Assembly: GCA_035550535.1 (NCBI GenBank)
Contig: DASZOX010000015.1
Span: forward strand, 1-47,459
Direction: 5' to 3'
From: Minisyncoccota bacterium
GTDB lineage: Bacteria; Patescibacteriota; Minisyncoccia; Phycocordibacterales; UBA9973
DNA length: 47,459 nucleotides
The notes below the pieces were generated by a model, which saw nothing but the letters and a program-made list of their open reading frames with translations, was not told the DNA's origin and did not search any database. A program made the translations under genes and the position numbers. Each line of letters starts with the position of its first letter. Position 1 is the first letter of the stretch. Shown piece after piece: positions 1 through 9,158 of the stretch.

Positions 1-262
1 GTTTGTAGAGTGCAAACGTTTCTTTCGCCTCTTCTTCTTTGGAGAGCCCTTTACTTTTTATAGCGGCAATTTTCGGTTCGAGAAGCCGCATTTTGTATTG
101 CCCAATGATGCTTCTTTTGGAAAGCGGCATAATCAAAAACCGTATGAGCACCGTGAGCACAATGACTGCAAGTCCTACATCATGAAAGGTGAGATACTGC
201 GCGAGAGCAACCAGCGCGTTGTAAATGGGGTTGTAAATAAGCGTATTCCAAAGGGTATGCAT
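1..262 (-). CDS. yidC: Membrane protein insertase YidC, N-terminal part (gene runs off the window start)
   Basis: Own translation of the minus strand from the ATG at 262 gives MHTLWNTLIYNPIYNALVALAQYLTFHDVGLAVIVLTVLIRFLIMPLSKRSIIGQYKMRLLEPKIAAIKSKG... This shows TM1 followed by the LPL..K....M..L.P.I pattern of short YidC/Oxa1 insertases. It sits in the canonical rpmH-rnpA-yidD-yidC order. It is absent from the ORF track because it is truncated by the window edge. Confidence 0.8.
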   Translation of the reverse strand, partial: MHTLWNTLIYNPIYNALVALAQYLTFHDVGLAVIVLTVLIRFLIMPLSKRSIIGQYKMRLLEPKIAAIKSKGLSKEEEAKETFALYK

Positions 263-315
263 ATGACTTCCTATTGTACTTGTGAGCACAAAAATAGCAA
301 TGAATCAGTTTGTTT

Positions 316-537
316 TTAGGGAAGGTCTACCGAAGGGGTGTGGTGTGGGGTACACCTGCTGAGGCGGCCGATGAGCTTTTTGCTCGCGGTAAAAAAGGGG
401 TAGGTATTAAAACATATTTTTCCATATTCGGAACAGGTGGGATAAAACACGCAGCTCGGGGCGGGATAGAAGGGGAGGTAGCGCAATATTCCCACCGACG
501 GAGAAAATACGAGGCGGTATACTTCTATAAGTAACAC
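316..537 (-). CDS. yidD: Membrane protein insertion efficiency factor YidD
   Basis: The C-terminal 73 aa of track ORF 316..738 read LLIEVYRLVFSPSVGILRYLPFYPAPSCVFYPTCSEYGKICF..., which contains the YidD C.F.PTCS.Y motif. The upstream part of the track ORF overlaps rnpA. A GTG at 537 gives a typical YidD length and lies 10 nt after the rnpA stop. Confidence 0.8.
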   Translation of the reverse strand: MLLIEVYRLVFSPSVGILRYLPFYPAPSCVFYPTCSEYGKICFNTYPFFTASKKLIGRLSRCTPHHTPSVDLP

Positions 538-547
538 TGCTGCAGTG

Positions 548-886
548 TTAGGGATTCTGAGGAATATTTTTTTTGACCTTCTCCAACAGCTCGCAAAAGG
601 ATTGCTTGAAGGTTTGGTAGGGAAGTGTATAGCTTGTCTTTGAGGGATAGAAGATGCCTGAAACAACGATCCCTGATTGACCGAAGAGTGCGTACGCTCT
701 TCGGCGAAGGGTGTTGCGCGCGGTTGCTCTTTTTTCATGTTTTTTATTTGTTACCACCGAAAATTTTATTTCCGCAGAGGGAGTAGAGAGAAGTGTTCCG
801 CTACGATTATAGAGAGTGCTTTTATGGGGGTGCTCCGAAAATTTTTTAAACTCGGCGCGATTCATCCGCTCACGTGCGGGTAGCAT
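548..886 (-). CDS. rnpA: Ribonuclease P protein component
   Basis: 112 aa basic protein (RNTLRRRAYALF...). It starts 8 nt downstream of rpmH in the conserved rpmH-rnpA arrangement. Confidence 0.85.
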   Translation of the reverse strand: MLPARERMNRAEFKKFSEHPHKSTLYNRSGTLLSTPSAEIKFSVVTNKKHEKRATARNTLRRRAYALFGQSGIVVSGIFYPSKTSYTLPYQTFKQSFCELLEKVKKNIPQNP

Positions 887-894
887 AGGAGGTA

Positions 895-1029
895 TTATAC
901 ACTTATTCTAGCCCTTCCTTTTCTGCGTCGCGCTTTGAGCACTTTTCTTCCTCCCACACGTGCACCTCTCACCAAAAAGCCGTGTGTTTTTGATCGTTTT
1001 CTTTTGTTTGGTTGATAGGTTTGGGACAT
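895..1029 (-). CDS. rpmH: 50S ribosomal protein L34
   Basis: Own translation gives [44 protein letters not shown] (44 aa, TAA stop at 895-897), matching the L34 signature (YQPS/N.RKR...HGFR.R). It is too short for the ORF track. Track ORF 908..1117 is an out-of-frame shadow of it. Confidence 0.9.
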   Translation of the reverse strand: MSQTYQPNKRKRSKTHGFLVRGARVGGRKVLKARRRKGRARISV

Positions 1030-1043
1030 AGACGAGGCATGTA

Positions 1044-1118
1044 CTATACACAATGTTGAGCGAGTAATCAAGTGTTATATTTTTTGATATAGTGCACCCT
1101 ATCCACAGTTTATACACA
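1044..1118. promoter_or_regulatory. Three DnaA-box-like 9-mers upstream of dnaA
   Basis: CTATACACA (1044-1052), CTATCCACA (1099-1107) and TTATACACA (1110-1118) each differ by 1-2 mismatches from the TTATCCACA consensus. They lie in the rpmH-dnaA intergenic region. Confidence 0.5.
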
Positions 1119-1145
1119 TTTTTAATAAACTGCTAGTTATGCGCT

Positions 1146-2507
1146 ATGATGGAGATAATGAATATGGAGCAAGGGGAGCTTTGGAACACCTGCTTAAAGG
1201 AAATAGAGCCGCAAGTTACTAGTGCCAATTTCACTACTTGGTTCAAATATACGTCCGTGGTAAAGGAAGAGGAGGGAATCATTTCAATCGCTGTACCAAA
1301 CGAGTTTGTAAGGGAGTGGATGATAACCAAATACCAAAAGCTCATTTTGAAGACCATTGTCAACCATCTCGACCACATCCGAGGCGTCGAATTTGTGATC
1401 GGAGCACCTATTACTCCCCCGCCTTCGTATAAAAAAGCGCCCCCTACTCCACAAAAGAATGAGCTTCCGCTCCAATCCGAATACATCAATAGAGACGACA
1501 ACCTCAACCCGCGTTACACATTCGAAAACTTCATTGTAGGCCCCTTTAACGAGCTTGCCTACGCCGCCGCACAAGGGGTGGTAAAAAATCCAGGGCATGC
1601 GTACAACCCACTGTTCTTTTACGGTGCGAGCGGGTTGGGGAAAACCCACCTGATTCAAGCTATCGGCAATCAGTTGAAAAAAGTTTTTCCCGAAAAACGT
1701 ATTCTTTACACTACCGCAGAAAAATTTAGCAATGACTATGTAAGTTCGGTGCAGAACAACCGCTCACTTTCTTTTCGGGAAAAATATCGGAAGTTTGATG
1801 TGCTTATCCTTGATGACATTCAATTTATTTCCGGAAAAGAGGGAACGCAGACGGAGCTATTTCACCTCTTCAATACGCTTTATGAACAAAACAAGAATAT
1901 TGTTTTTTCTTCGGATAAACACCCCAACCATATCATCGGTCTCGAAGACCGGCTCAAAACCCGCTTTAACGCGGGGATGACCGTCGATATCCAAGAACCC
2001 GATCTCGAAAGCCGCCTTGCTATTATCCGAGAGAAGAGTGCTGCCCTTTCGTATCACCTCAACGAAGAAGTGCTTGTGTACATCGCTTCGGTGGTGACGG
2101 GAAGTATTCGCGAACTCGAAGGAGTGCTCAATATCATATCGATGCATGCGGAGGTAAAACAACGACCAATCTCGCTTGCTGAGGTGAAATTGCTCATCAA
2201 AAATAGTGTAAAACCAAAAAAAGTAGTATCTATCGACACAGTAGTAAAAAGAGTATCTGAATATTACAATCTCGATGAACGAGTAATATATGAAAAAACC
2301 CGCCGAAAAGAAATAGTGCGTGCACGACAAATCATCATGTTTATGCTGCGAGAAGATTTCAACGAGTCCTACCCTTCGATAGGAGCAAAACTGGGGGGGA
2401 AAGATCACACGACCGTGATCCATTCATATGAAAAAATAAAACACGAACTCGAAAATGATCCCCAGCTCATGAAACAACTCGAAGACATTCGCATCTTGTT
2501 TAAATGA
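1146..2507 (+). CDS. dnaA: Chromosomal replication initiator protein DnaA
   Basis: 453 aa with Walker A GASGLGKTHL, the LILDDIQF box, and a C-terminal DNA-binding domain (GGKDHTTVIHSYEKI). Confidence 0.97.
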   Translation: MMEIMNMEQGELWNTCLKEIEPQVTSANFTTWFKYTSVVKEEEGIISIAVPNEFVREWMITKYQKLILKTIVNHLDHIRGVEFVIGAPITPPPSYKKAPPTPQKNELPLQSEYINRDDNLNPRYTFENFIVGPFNELAYAAAQGVVKNPGHAYNPLFFYGASGLGKTHLIQAIGNQLKKVFPEKRILYTTAEKFSNDYVSSVQNNRSLSFREKYRKFDVLILDDIQFISGKEGTQTELFHLFNTLYEQNKNIVFSSDKHPNHIIGLEDRLKTRFNAGMTVDIQEPDLESRLAIIREKSAALSYHLNEEVLVYIASVVTGSIRELEGVLNIISMHAEVKQRPISLAEVKLLIKNSVKPKKVVSIDTVVKRVSEYYNLDERVIYEKTRRKEIVRARQIIMFMLREDFNESYPSIGAKLGGKDHTTVIHSYEKIKHELENDPQLMKQLEDIRILFK

Positions 2508-2690
2508 TGTGTATAACAATGAGGAAATGATCTGCTTATGCTTATAAACAACTACCACAACAGAAAACGTACGGTGATTATCCAGTACCTATCCCCATCA
2601 CCGAAGTGGGAAATAGTATTTATGAAACAACGGTTTTTTGATGATTCTCCACAATTAACAGCCTATACTAAGTTAAACGAAATTTAAGCT
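2508..2690. promoter_or_regulatory. dnaA-dnaN intergenic region with DnaA-box-like motifs (candidate oriC)
   Basis: TGTGTATAA (2508-2516, reverse complement TTATACACA), TTATCCAGT (2578-2586), CTATCCCCA (2589-2597) and TTCTCCACA (2645-2653), with AT-rich stretches between them. This is a classic oriC position between dnaA and dnaN. Confidence 0.5.
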
Positions 2691-3788
2691 ATGAAAGCAC
2701 AATGTTCAGTAGAAAAATTGAAAAATGCCATCGCGCTTGCGGACCGCATGAGCGGAAGAAATCTCACCCTCCCGCTACTGCAAGCGGTACTCATCAGTGC
2801 GAAAGGAAAAAGCATCTGTGTACGGGCGACGAACTTAAATGTCGGCATTGAAATAGAGATTCCTGCAACGGTAACCCAAGAAGGTTCGGTTGTAGTGAAA
2901 GGTGATGTGGTCGCAAGTGTGTGCAGCAACCTTCCTCCTACAAACGAGGTGTTGCTTACCCTTGAAAATGACAACCTCACCTTGCAATCAGACAAAACGA
3001 CCACGGTGATAAAATCGCTTCCCGCTGAAGAATTCCCCGCACTTCCTGTGGTCGAAGGGGATACCTTTGAGATAAAAACCACTCTCTTTGAGGAAGGGGT
3101 TCGGTCGGTGGCTTTCGCTGCGGCGACGAGTGAAATAAAACCGGAAATTTCGAGCGTGTATGTGTACGCAGAAGAGGGAGTAATGACCTTTGTTGCGACG
3201 GATTCATTTCGTCTCGCCGAGAAGAAGCTCCCTATAAAAAATATTCCCGATATTTCAAAAATACTTATCCCCTATAAAAACATTGCCGACCTTTTGCGTG
3301 TGGTGGAAGTTATAGGCGACAAACTAACCGTAACCTACAGCCGCAATCAACTCTCGTTTCGTGGGGGTGGGGTGTATTTTACCTCGCGGTTGATTGATGG
3401 TGGTTTTCCTCCTTATACCCTCATCATTCCCAAAGAAGAAAACACAAAAGTGGTCGTCTTGAAACAAGACCTACTCCACACTCTCAAACTCTCCACGCTT
3501 TTTGTAGATACTTTTTTTCAAATCTCGTTTAAGGTTGATCCGGTGCAGAAACAGATAACCATTAGTTCAAAGAATAGTAATGTAGGTTCCTCGCAATCGT
3601 TGGTGGATTCAGTTATCAGCGGAGAGGCTATAGAAGTTGTCTGTAATCTCAAATATTTTCTTGATGTACTTCAGGTAGTGGCGGGAGATAGTGTTGCCCT
3701 TTCATTTACTACTCCCACCAAAGCGATCGCTATCCGAAGCGTTCAAGATAAACACTTCCTTTATCTATTGATGCCCGCTAATCGCTAG
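2691..3788 (+). CDS. dnaN: DNA polymerase III beta sliding clamp
   Basis: 365 aa. It lies directly after dnaA, has a three-domain clamp-like length, and ends in the typical LLMP motif (FLYLLMPANR). Confidence 0.95.
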   Translation: MKAQCSVEKLKNAIALADRMSGRNLTLPLLQAVLISAKGKSICVRATNLNVGIEIEIPATVTQEGSVVVKGDVVASVCSNLPPTNEVLLTLENDNLTLQSDKTTTVIKSLPAEEFPALPVVEGDTFEIKTTLFEEGVRSVAFAAATSEIKPEISSVYVYAEEGVMTFVATDSFRLAEKKLPIKNIPDISKILIPYKNIADLLRVVEVIGDKLTVTYSRNQLSFRGGGVYFTSRLIDGGFPPYTLIIPKEENTKVVVLKQDLLHTLKLSTLFVDTFFQISFKVDPVQKQITISSKNSNVGSSQSLVDSVISGEAIEVVCNLKYFLDVLQVVAGDSVALSFTTPTKAIAIRSVQDKHFLYLLMPANR

Positions 3789-3795
3789 AAATAGT

Positions 3796-4050
3796 ATGAC
3801 ACTCTTCACGACTTTTCTTGAAACGCTTAAAGGTAAGGTTGAGGCACAGACCGCCTATAAAGCTACGGTCATCGAGGTGGTGGCATCATTAACACACCAC
3901 CACCTCACCACCGATGAAATTGTTTCTCTTAAGGAAGGTGTGCTCACCCTCCATACTTCCCCGACAGTGAAGAGTATCATTTTTTTGAAACAACCGTTTA
4001 TCATCGAAGCGATGCAGGAAAAAGGGCTCACCGTCTATCGGATCATATAA
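3796..4050 (+). CDS. DUF721/DciA-like small protein
   Basis: 84 aa immediately after dnaN. The C-terminal pattern EGVLTLHTSPTVKSIIFLKQPFIIEAMQ...TVYRI resembles DUF721 (G.L.v.v.s..w..el......i). Position supports the call; similarity was judged by eye only. Confidence 0.45.
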   Translation: MTLFTTFLETLKGKVEAQTAYKATVIEVVASLTHHHLTTDEIVSLKEGVLTLHTSPTVKSIIFLKQPFIIEAMQEKGLTVYRII

Positions 4051-6571
4051 GCGTAAAAGTGGTGCTTGTGGTATTTTTTGAATAAATCGTGTTGGTACCT
4101 ACGGCCTTTAACGTATAGGTTCCCGCAGTGAGCCCGTGCTCTGAAGGGGTGAAGTCAAACTTGAATGGTGAGGTAAGGGTGGTGAGAAAGTTGTCGTTAA
4201 CAAAAATATCAACAGAGGTGAGTGGGTATTGATTTTGTGTGCTGAAAGTGATGGTTGCAGTGTCGGTACTTTTCATCTGTGAAGGAAGTCCGGTGATCGT
4301 GATGTCGGGCTTTGTTGCATCAGTGTGGAGGGTGTCGTAATCACTCGGGAGGGTGTCGGCGGTGGTAACCGGATATTTGGCAGCATTTTCTTCCCACCAT
4401 TTTTCGACTGGAGGATTCCAGAGGTGGAATTCTGGATCGCTTGAAGGGTCGGCGGGGACGGGACCGCGCGGATTTGATTTGTCCACCCAATACAAAATAC
4501 TCTGGACGTTGGTGATAACTTTTTCGATGATTGAATCGGGTGGTGTTGCGTCGGTGGCACGCAGCCCCGTCACTTTATCGATTTTTACTACATCATTTCC
4601 CATCCATTCCCCACGCAAAACAGGTTTCAAATTGTCGTAATCAGGATCAGGAATGGGTTTTTCAAAGGCGGGAGCCGGATTTTCATCAATCATTTCTTGC
4701 ATAAACGTCTTCCATATAGGTCCTGATACCGCCGACCCGCCGCTGTGCATAGGAGTGTTGTTGTTGTTCCCTGACCACACCCCCACCGAAAGGCTTGGGG
4801 TATAGCCGATAATCCACGCATCACGGTCGTCGTTGGTGGTTCCTGTTTTTACCGCAACTCCCGGAATAGTGATTGTATCCCCGAAAGTAGGGATACGAGC
4901 TTTTGCGTCACTTAGGACATCGTCCATGGTAAGTGCAATATTTTTGTCTATCACTTGTGTTGGGTTGGGGGCGTATTGTTCGACAATGTTTCCGCTGTGG
5001 TCTTTGATTTGCAAAATACCAACAGGAGGGTTGCGCATGCCCGCGTTGGCAAATACCCCGTACGCGCTTGTCATATCAAGGAGGGTTACCTCACCACCAC
5101 CGAGCACCAGAGAAAGTCCGTACTCACTTGGATTCTGTAGGGTGGTGATACCCATTGTATGTGCGGTGTTAATAACATTATTGATCCCTGCGAGATAGAG
5201 AAGTTTCACTGAGGGTACGTTTCTCGATTCGTCAATGGCACTGCGCAGTGTGATGGGTCCTTTGAATTTGTTATCAAAGTTTGAGGGGTGATAACAATCT
5301 TTGCTTGTGTGACCCGGGAGCGGTTGAGAGTCGGCGGTGCAGTTGGTTGAAAATTCGGTGGGGACATCAAAAAGGACAGTGTCAGGGGTGTACCCCTCTT
5401 CGAAGGCGGTAGCGTAGACAAAAGGCTTGAACGATGACCCTGGTTGTCGTGGTGCGGTGGCGACATTGAATGCACCGTCGATATCTTTGTTAAAATAATC
5501 TTTTGATCCCACCATAGAGAGGATCTGTCCGGTGGTGGGATCAATGACCACCATCGCTTCGTTTGATGCGTTGTAATTTTTGAGATTGCTATCAGCATAC
5601 TGATCTATGGCTGCCTGTGCCTTCTGCTGCATATCGTAATCGAGGGTGGTGGTGATGGTATAGCCACCATTTTCCATTACGTCTTGACCATATTTTTTTT
5701 CGAGATAATCGAGTATATAAAATACAAAATGGGGTGCCTTGATGCTGTTGGTTGCGGCAATGTTGAAGGTCACTGTCTCGTTTTTTGCTTGCTCATACTG
5801 GTCGTCAGTGATATAGCCGTATTGCTTCATTTTGCTAAGGACAAGGTCTTTGCGCGCATCGAGCTTGTCTTTGTTAGGACCAAAGGGTGAATAGTAGCTC
5901 GGGGCAGGGATCATGGCTGCCAAATAAGCTGATTGGGCAACGTCGAGATTTTTTGAAGGGATACCAAAGAACGCTTGGGACGCCTCTTCGACGCCGTAAA
6001 TAGTGCTCCCAAACGGTGCGTCATTGAGATAAATTTGCAGTATCTGATCCTTGGTAAAGGCGCGCTCGAGCTTAAGGGCAAGTACCCATTCTTTGAACTT
6101 TCGTGCCACTGTCTTGTCGCTATTGAGGAGGGTATTTTTGATGATTTGTTGAGTGAGAGTCGATCCGCCTTGCACAAAGCTTCCATGAAGAATGTTGACA
6201 AAGATGGCACGGAGGATCGAGGTGGGGCGAATGCCAATGTGGGTATAAAAATGGGCGTCCTCAATAGAGATAACCGCATTTTTGACATTGTCGTTTATCT
6301 GATCGAGTGGTACTTCAGTCCGTCGCACTCCTTGGTTAATATCATAGAGCACTATCTGGCCTGTCCTATCAGTGATCTTGGAAGAGTTGGCGATCTTGCG
6401 AGCTTCGAACGTCGAAATATCGGGCAGTTTTATGGTGCTTGCCCAGATGAGCGCTGCCCCACAAAGAATGAAGAAAAGTGAAAAGCAAATGATGACTATT
6501 TTTTTCCAAGGAAATCGGCGGCGAGTATGGTCTTTCTTTGACATCACCATATCATAAAAGAAAATACCCAA
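4043..6571 (-). CDS. Class A penicillin-binding protein (glycosyltransferase + transpeptidase) with C-terminal Ig-like extension
   Basis: GT51 motifs EDAHFYTHIG and GGSTLTQQ are present. Transpeptidase motifs SSFKP, SRN and KTGTT are present. There is an N-terminal TM anchor and a Thr/Ser-rich beta-type tail. Confidence 0.93.
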   Translation of the reverse strand: MGIFFYDMVMSKKDHTRRRFPWKKIVIICFSLFFILCGAALIWASTIKLPDISTFEARKIANSSKITDRTGQIVLYDINQGVRRTEVPLDQINDNVKNAVISIEDAHFYTHIGIRPTSILRAIFVNILHGSFVQGGSTLTQQIIKNTLLNSDKTVARKFKEWVLALKLERAFTKDQILQIYLNDAPFGSTIYGVEEASQAFFGIPSKNLDVAQSAYLAAMIPAPSYYSPFGPNKDKLDARKDLVLSKMKQYGYITDDQYEQAKNETVTFNIAATNSIKAPHFVFYILDYLEKKYGQDVMENGGYTITTTLDYDMQQKAQAAIDQYADSNLKNYNASNEAMVVIDPTTGQILSMVGSKDYFNKDIDGAFNVATAPRQPGSSFKPFVYATAFEEGYTPDTVLFDVPTEFSTNCTADSQPLPGHTSKDCYHPSNFDNKFKGPITLRSAIDESRNVPSVKLLYLAGINNVINTAHTMGITTLQNPSEYGLSLVLGGGEVTLLDMTSAYGVFANAGMRNPPVGILQIKDHSGNIVEQYAPNPTQVIDKNIALTMDDVLSDAKARIPTFGDTITIPGVAVKTGTTNDDRDAWIIGYTPSLSVGVWSGNNNNTPMHSGGSAVSGPIWKTFMQEMIDENPAPAFEKPIPDPDYDNLKPVLRGEWMGNDVVKIDKVTGLRATDATPPDSIIEKVITNVQSILYWVDKSNPRGPVPADPSSDPEFHLWNPPVEKWWEENAAKYPVTTADTLPSDYDTLHTDATKPDITITGLPSQMKSTDTATITFSTQNQYPLTSVDIFVNDNFLTTLTSPFKFDFTPSEHGLTAGTYTLKAVGTNTIYSKNTTSTTFTLI

Positions 6572-6608
6572 AAACCCTAGTGTCTCCGCAGCACCACGGC
6601 TTTTTTTA

Positions 6609-7991
6609 TTGGTTCAAAATGTTAGAATGCACGTATCTATGGATCAGCATGCAGCTATACAGGAACTTTTGACGAAAGGTGTTTCGGAAATATTGCCGAG
6701 TAGAGAGTTTGTAGAAAGCAGACTCAAAAGCGGGCAAAAACTCACGATTTACTGTGGTTTTGACCCGACGGCGCCAACGCTCCATATCGGGCACGCGATC
6801 ACACTTCGCAAGCTCAGGCAATTTCAAGATCTTGGGCACAAGATCATTTTCCTTATCGGGGATTTTACGGCGCGTATTGGGGATCCGACGGACAAACTTG
6901 TTGCAAGAAAGCAGTTGACCGAAAAGGAAATCAAGTCTAATTTGAAGCTGTACAAAAAGCAGGCGAGTGCGCTTATTCGCTTCTCTGGAAACAATGCAGC
7001 TGAAGTGAAATTCAACAGCAAGTGGCTCGGAGAAATGGAATTTGCCGATATAGTATCTCTCGCTTCAAACTTCACCCTCGGACAAATGAAAAGAAGAGAT
7101 ATGTTTGAAAAGCGCGAACAATGGCTAGTTCGATGCGAACATTGTAATTTCGAAACAGCATCACCAATACAATTCGGATCAGAAGAAAGTTTGGAAAATG
7201 TTCAATTGGAAGGGAATACATACAAGTGTCCCAACTGTGGAAATACCAGTCCGCTTGATAAGGCACATTTAATTCCGCCTCAGCAACCAGTTTTTCTTAG
7301 TGAGTTTATGTACCCACTGATGCAGGGGTACGATAGTGTTGCGATGGACGTTGACGGTGAAGTCGGCGGCAATGATCAACTTTTTAATATGCTTGTTGGA
7401 AGAACATTGCTTAAAAAACTTAAAAACAAAGAAAAATTCGTGATCACGATGAAGCTGCTTGCAGATGCAAATGGAAAGAAAATGGGCAAAAGCGAAGGGA
7501 ACATGATCGCGCTTTCTGATACGCCGAATGATATGTACGGCAAAGTGATGAGTTGGACTGATGGAATGATTGTGCCGGGGTTTGAATTGTGCACGGATTA
7601 TTCGCTCGCTGATGTTGCTCGAGTCGAGAAAGAGCTTTCGGATGGTGTGAATCCTCGGGACCTCAAAATGAAGCTTGCGTATGAAATCGTAAGAAGTTGT
7701 TTGGGGGGAAATGCTGCGCGAAAAGCACAAGCGGCATTCGTTGAAAGATTTCAAAAAAAGGAAGGAGTGAGTGATGCGATGGAAGTGAGCGCAAATGGAC
7801 GAACATTGGAAGCGATTTTGATCGAAGAAAGTATTGTTCCGTCAAAAAGCGAGTTGCGACGACTCATTCAAGGAGGTGCGATTATGCATTTTGATACCAA
7901 AGAAAAAGTAACAGAGGCCCAGTGCAAACAGGCACCACTGTCGGGGGTTTACAAAATCGGGAAAAATAGGTTTATTGCTCTCCGCTCCTAA
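6609..7991 (+). CDS. tyrS: Tyrosine--tRNA ligase with an inserted four-Cys zinc-ribbon module
   Basis: HIGH motif (LHIGH), KMSKS motif (KMGKS) and a C-terminal S4-like domain (SELRRLIQGGAI) are present. An extra CEHC...x30...CPNC segment lies between them. Several in-frame Met start candidates exist (6609-6639). Confidence 0.93.
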   Translation: MVQNVRMHVSMDQHAAIQELLTKGVSEILPSREFVESRLKSGQKLTIYCGFDPTAPTLHIGHAITLRKLRQFQDLGHKIIFLIGDFTARIGDPTDKLVARKQLTEKEIKSNLKLYKKQASALIRFSGNNAAEVKFNSKWLGEMEFADIVSLASNFTLGQMKRRDMFEKREQWLVRCEHCNFETASPIQFGSEESLENVQLEGNTYKCPNCGNTSPLDKAHLIPPQQPVFLSEFMYPLMQGYDSVAMDVDGEVGGNDQLFNMLVGRTLLKKLKNKEKFVITMKLLADANGKKMGKSEGNMIALSDTPNDMYGKVMSWTDGMIVPGFELCTDYSLADVARVEKELSDGVNPRDLKMKLAYEIVRSCLGGNAARKAQAAFVERFQKKEGVSDAMEVSANGRTLEAILIEESIVPSKSELRRLIQGGAIMHFDTKEKVTEAQCKQAPLSGVYKIGKNRFIALRS

Positions 7992-7992
7992 A

Positions 7993-8139
7993 TTAAAGTC
8001 CGAACACATCTTTCATTTTGCCGGACCACGTATCTTGTAGGGCGGTCACAATAAGGAATGCCGGGAGAAATACGACCGAAAGCGTTACAAAAAAGATAAA
8101 ATCAATTAAGAACAAAAGGGTTTTTTCTATTATTTCCAT
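7993..8139 (-). CDS. Hypothetical small membrane protein (48 aa)
   Basis: Own translation gives MEIIEKTLLFLIDFIFFVTLSVVFLPAFLIVTALQDTWSGKMKDVFGL, with one clear hydrophobic span. It fills an otherwise empty intergenic gap. There is no homology evidence. Confidence 0.3.
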   Translation of the reverse strand: MEIIEKTLLFLIDFIFFVTLSVVFLPAFLIVTALQDTWSGKMKDVFGL

Positions 8140-8246
8140 ACGTTGCCTATCCTAGCGTATCCGCCCTCTTTCGCAAGAGGTGACGAACGAGGGCTTTTAT
8201 TGTCTATCATAAACGACACAAGGAGCACATGTTACTATAAAGCTGT

Positions 8247-9158
8247 ATGACTGTTGTCGTTGCAGGGGGGTCTGGATTTATTGGCACGCTCCTCACCCAA
8301 AAGCTACTTGCACTTGGGGATATGGTTATTGTTGTGGATCAAAAAGCACCTGTCTTCACCCATGAACACCTCTATTTTATTCAGTCGGATATAGCCACTG
8401 AACAACTCCCTTTCAATGTGCTCGAACACACCGACGCAGTGATCAATCTTGTTGGAGCTCCTCTCATGCGACGCTGGACATCAACCTACAAAAAAACTAT
8501 TCGGGATAGTCGGCTGCTGAGCACGCGGCATATTGTCGAGAGTATGCAGCGAGCCACCAATCGCCCTCCACTACTCATCAACGCTTCTGCGGTGGGATAT
8601 TATGGTGACGGCGGAGATACAGTGCTCAATGAACAGGCACCGCAGGGTAAAGGTTTTTTGGCCGAGGTAGCGGCTGAGTGGGAAAAAGAAGCGCTTCAAG
8701 CAGAGGCGTTTGGTACGCGAGTCGTGTGTGTGCGCACCGCTATAGTACTTGGTCGAGGAGAGATAGTCGCAGCGTTGACGCGCTTCGCCCCATGGAAAGT
8801 GTTTTTTGCACTTTCAAAAAAACCATTTTGGCAGCCGTGGATCCATCATGATGACATAGTGAATGTGTATCTTTTTGCACTGCAAACCTCGACGCTCCAC
8901 GGTCCGCTCAATGCGGTTGCTCCAGAGTCTGTTACCCACCAAACTTTTGTTCGCACGATTGCACAGGCACTGCGTCGACCATGGGTGCTCCCTGTTCCCC
9001 GCATAATCAAACATCTTTTCTTCAAAGAAGCGATTGAAGCAGTAGTAATGAGCGAGCGCGTTGTTCCGCAACGCCTTGTGGACAAAGGATTCGTTTTTAC
9101 TTACCCCACGCTTGCTGTCGCCGCAGCGACACTGAGAAAAGACAATGGAAAAAATTGA
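8247..9158 (+). CDS. NAD-dependent epimerase family protein (YfcH/TIGR01777-like, DUF1731 C-terminus)
   Basis: Rossmann motif VAGGSGFIGT is present. The C-terminal RVVPQRLVDKGFVFTYPTL is typical of the YfcH family. Confidence 0.8.
   Translation: MTVVVAGGSGFIGTLLTQKLLALGDMVIVVDQKAPVFTHEHLYFIQSDIATEQLPFNVLEHTDAVINLVGAPLMRRWTSTYKKTIRDSRLLSTRHIVESMQRATNRPPLLINASAVGYYGDGGDTVLNEQAPQGKGFLAEVAAEWEKEALQAEAFGTRVVCVRTAIVLGRGEIVAALTRFAPWKVFFALSKKPFWQPWIHHDDIVNVYLFALQTSTLHGPLNAVAPESVTHQTFVRTIAQALRRPWVLPVPRIIKHLFFKEAIEAVVMSERVVPQRLVDKGFVFTYPTLAVAAATLRKDNGKN

Noticed and set aside
98-319. Track ORF (73 aa, plus strand) at the window start
   Set aside because: It is antisense to a convincing YidC N-terminus on the minus strand (1-262). 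It has no motif and a shadow-ORF composition.
908-1117. Track ORF (69 aa, minus strand) whose C-terminus looks vaguely L34-like
   Set aside because: The true rpmH is in another frame (895-1029) and gives a textbook L34 sequence. This ORF is an overlapping out-of-frame artefact.
6572-6608. Possible T-box leader upstream of tyrS
   Set aside because: The intergenic space is only about 37 nt, far too short for a T-box riboswitch. No specifier or T-box sequence was seen.
8160-8190. Short hairpin CCTCTT-TCGC-AAGAGG in the 5' region of the epimerase-family gene
   Set aside because: It is only 6 bp with no flanking conservation or riboswitch-like context, and is likely incidental.
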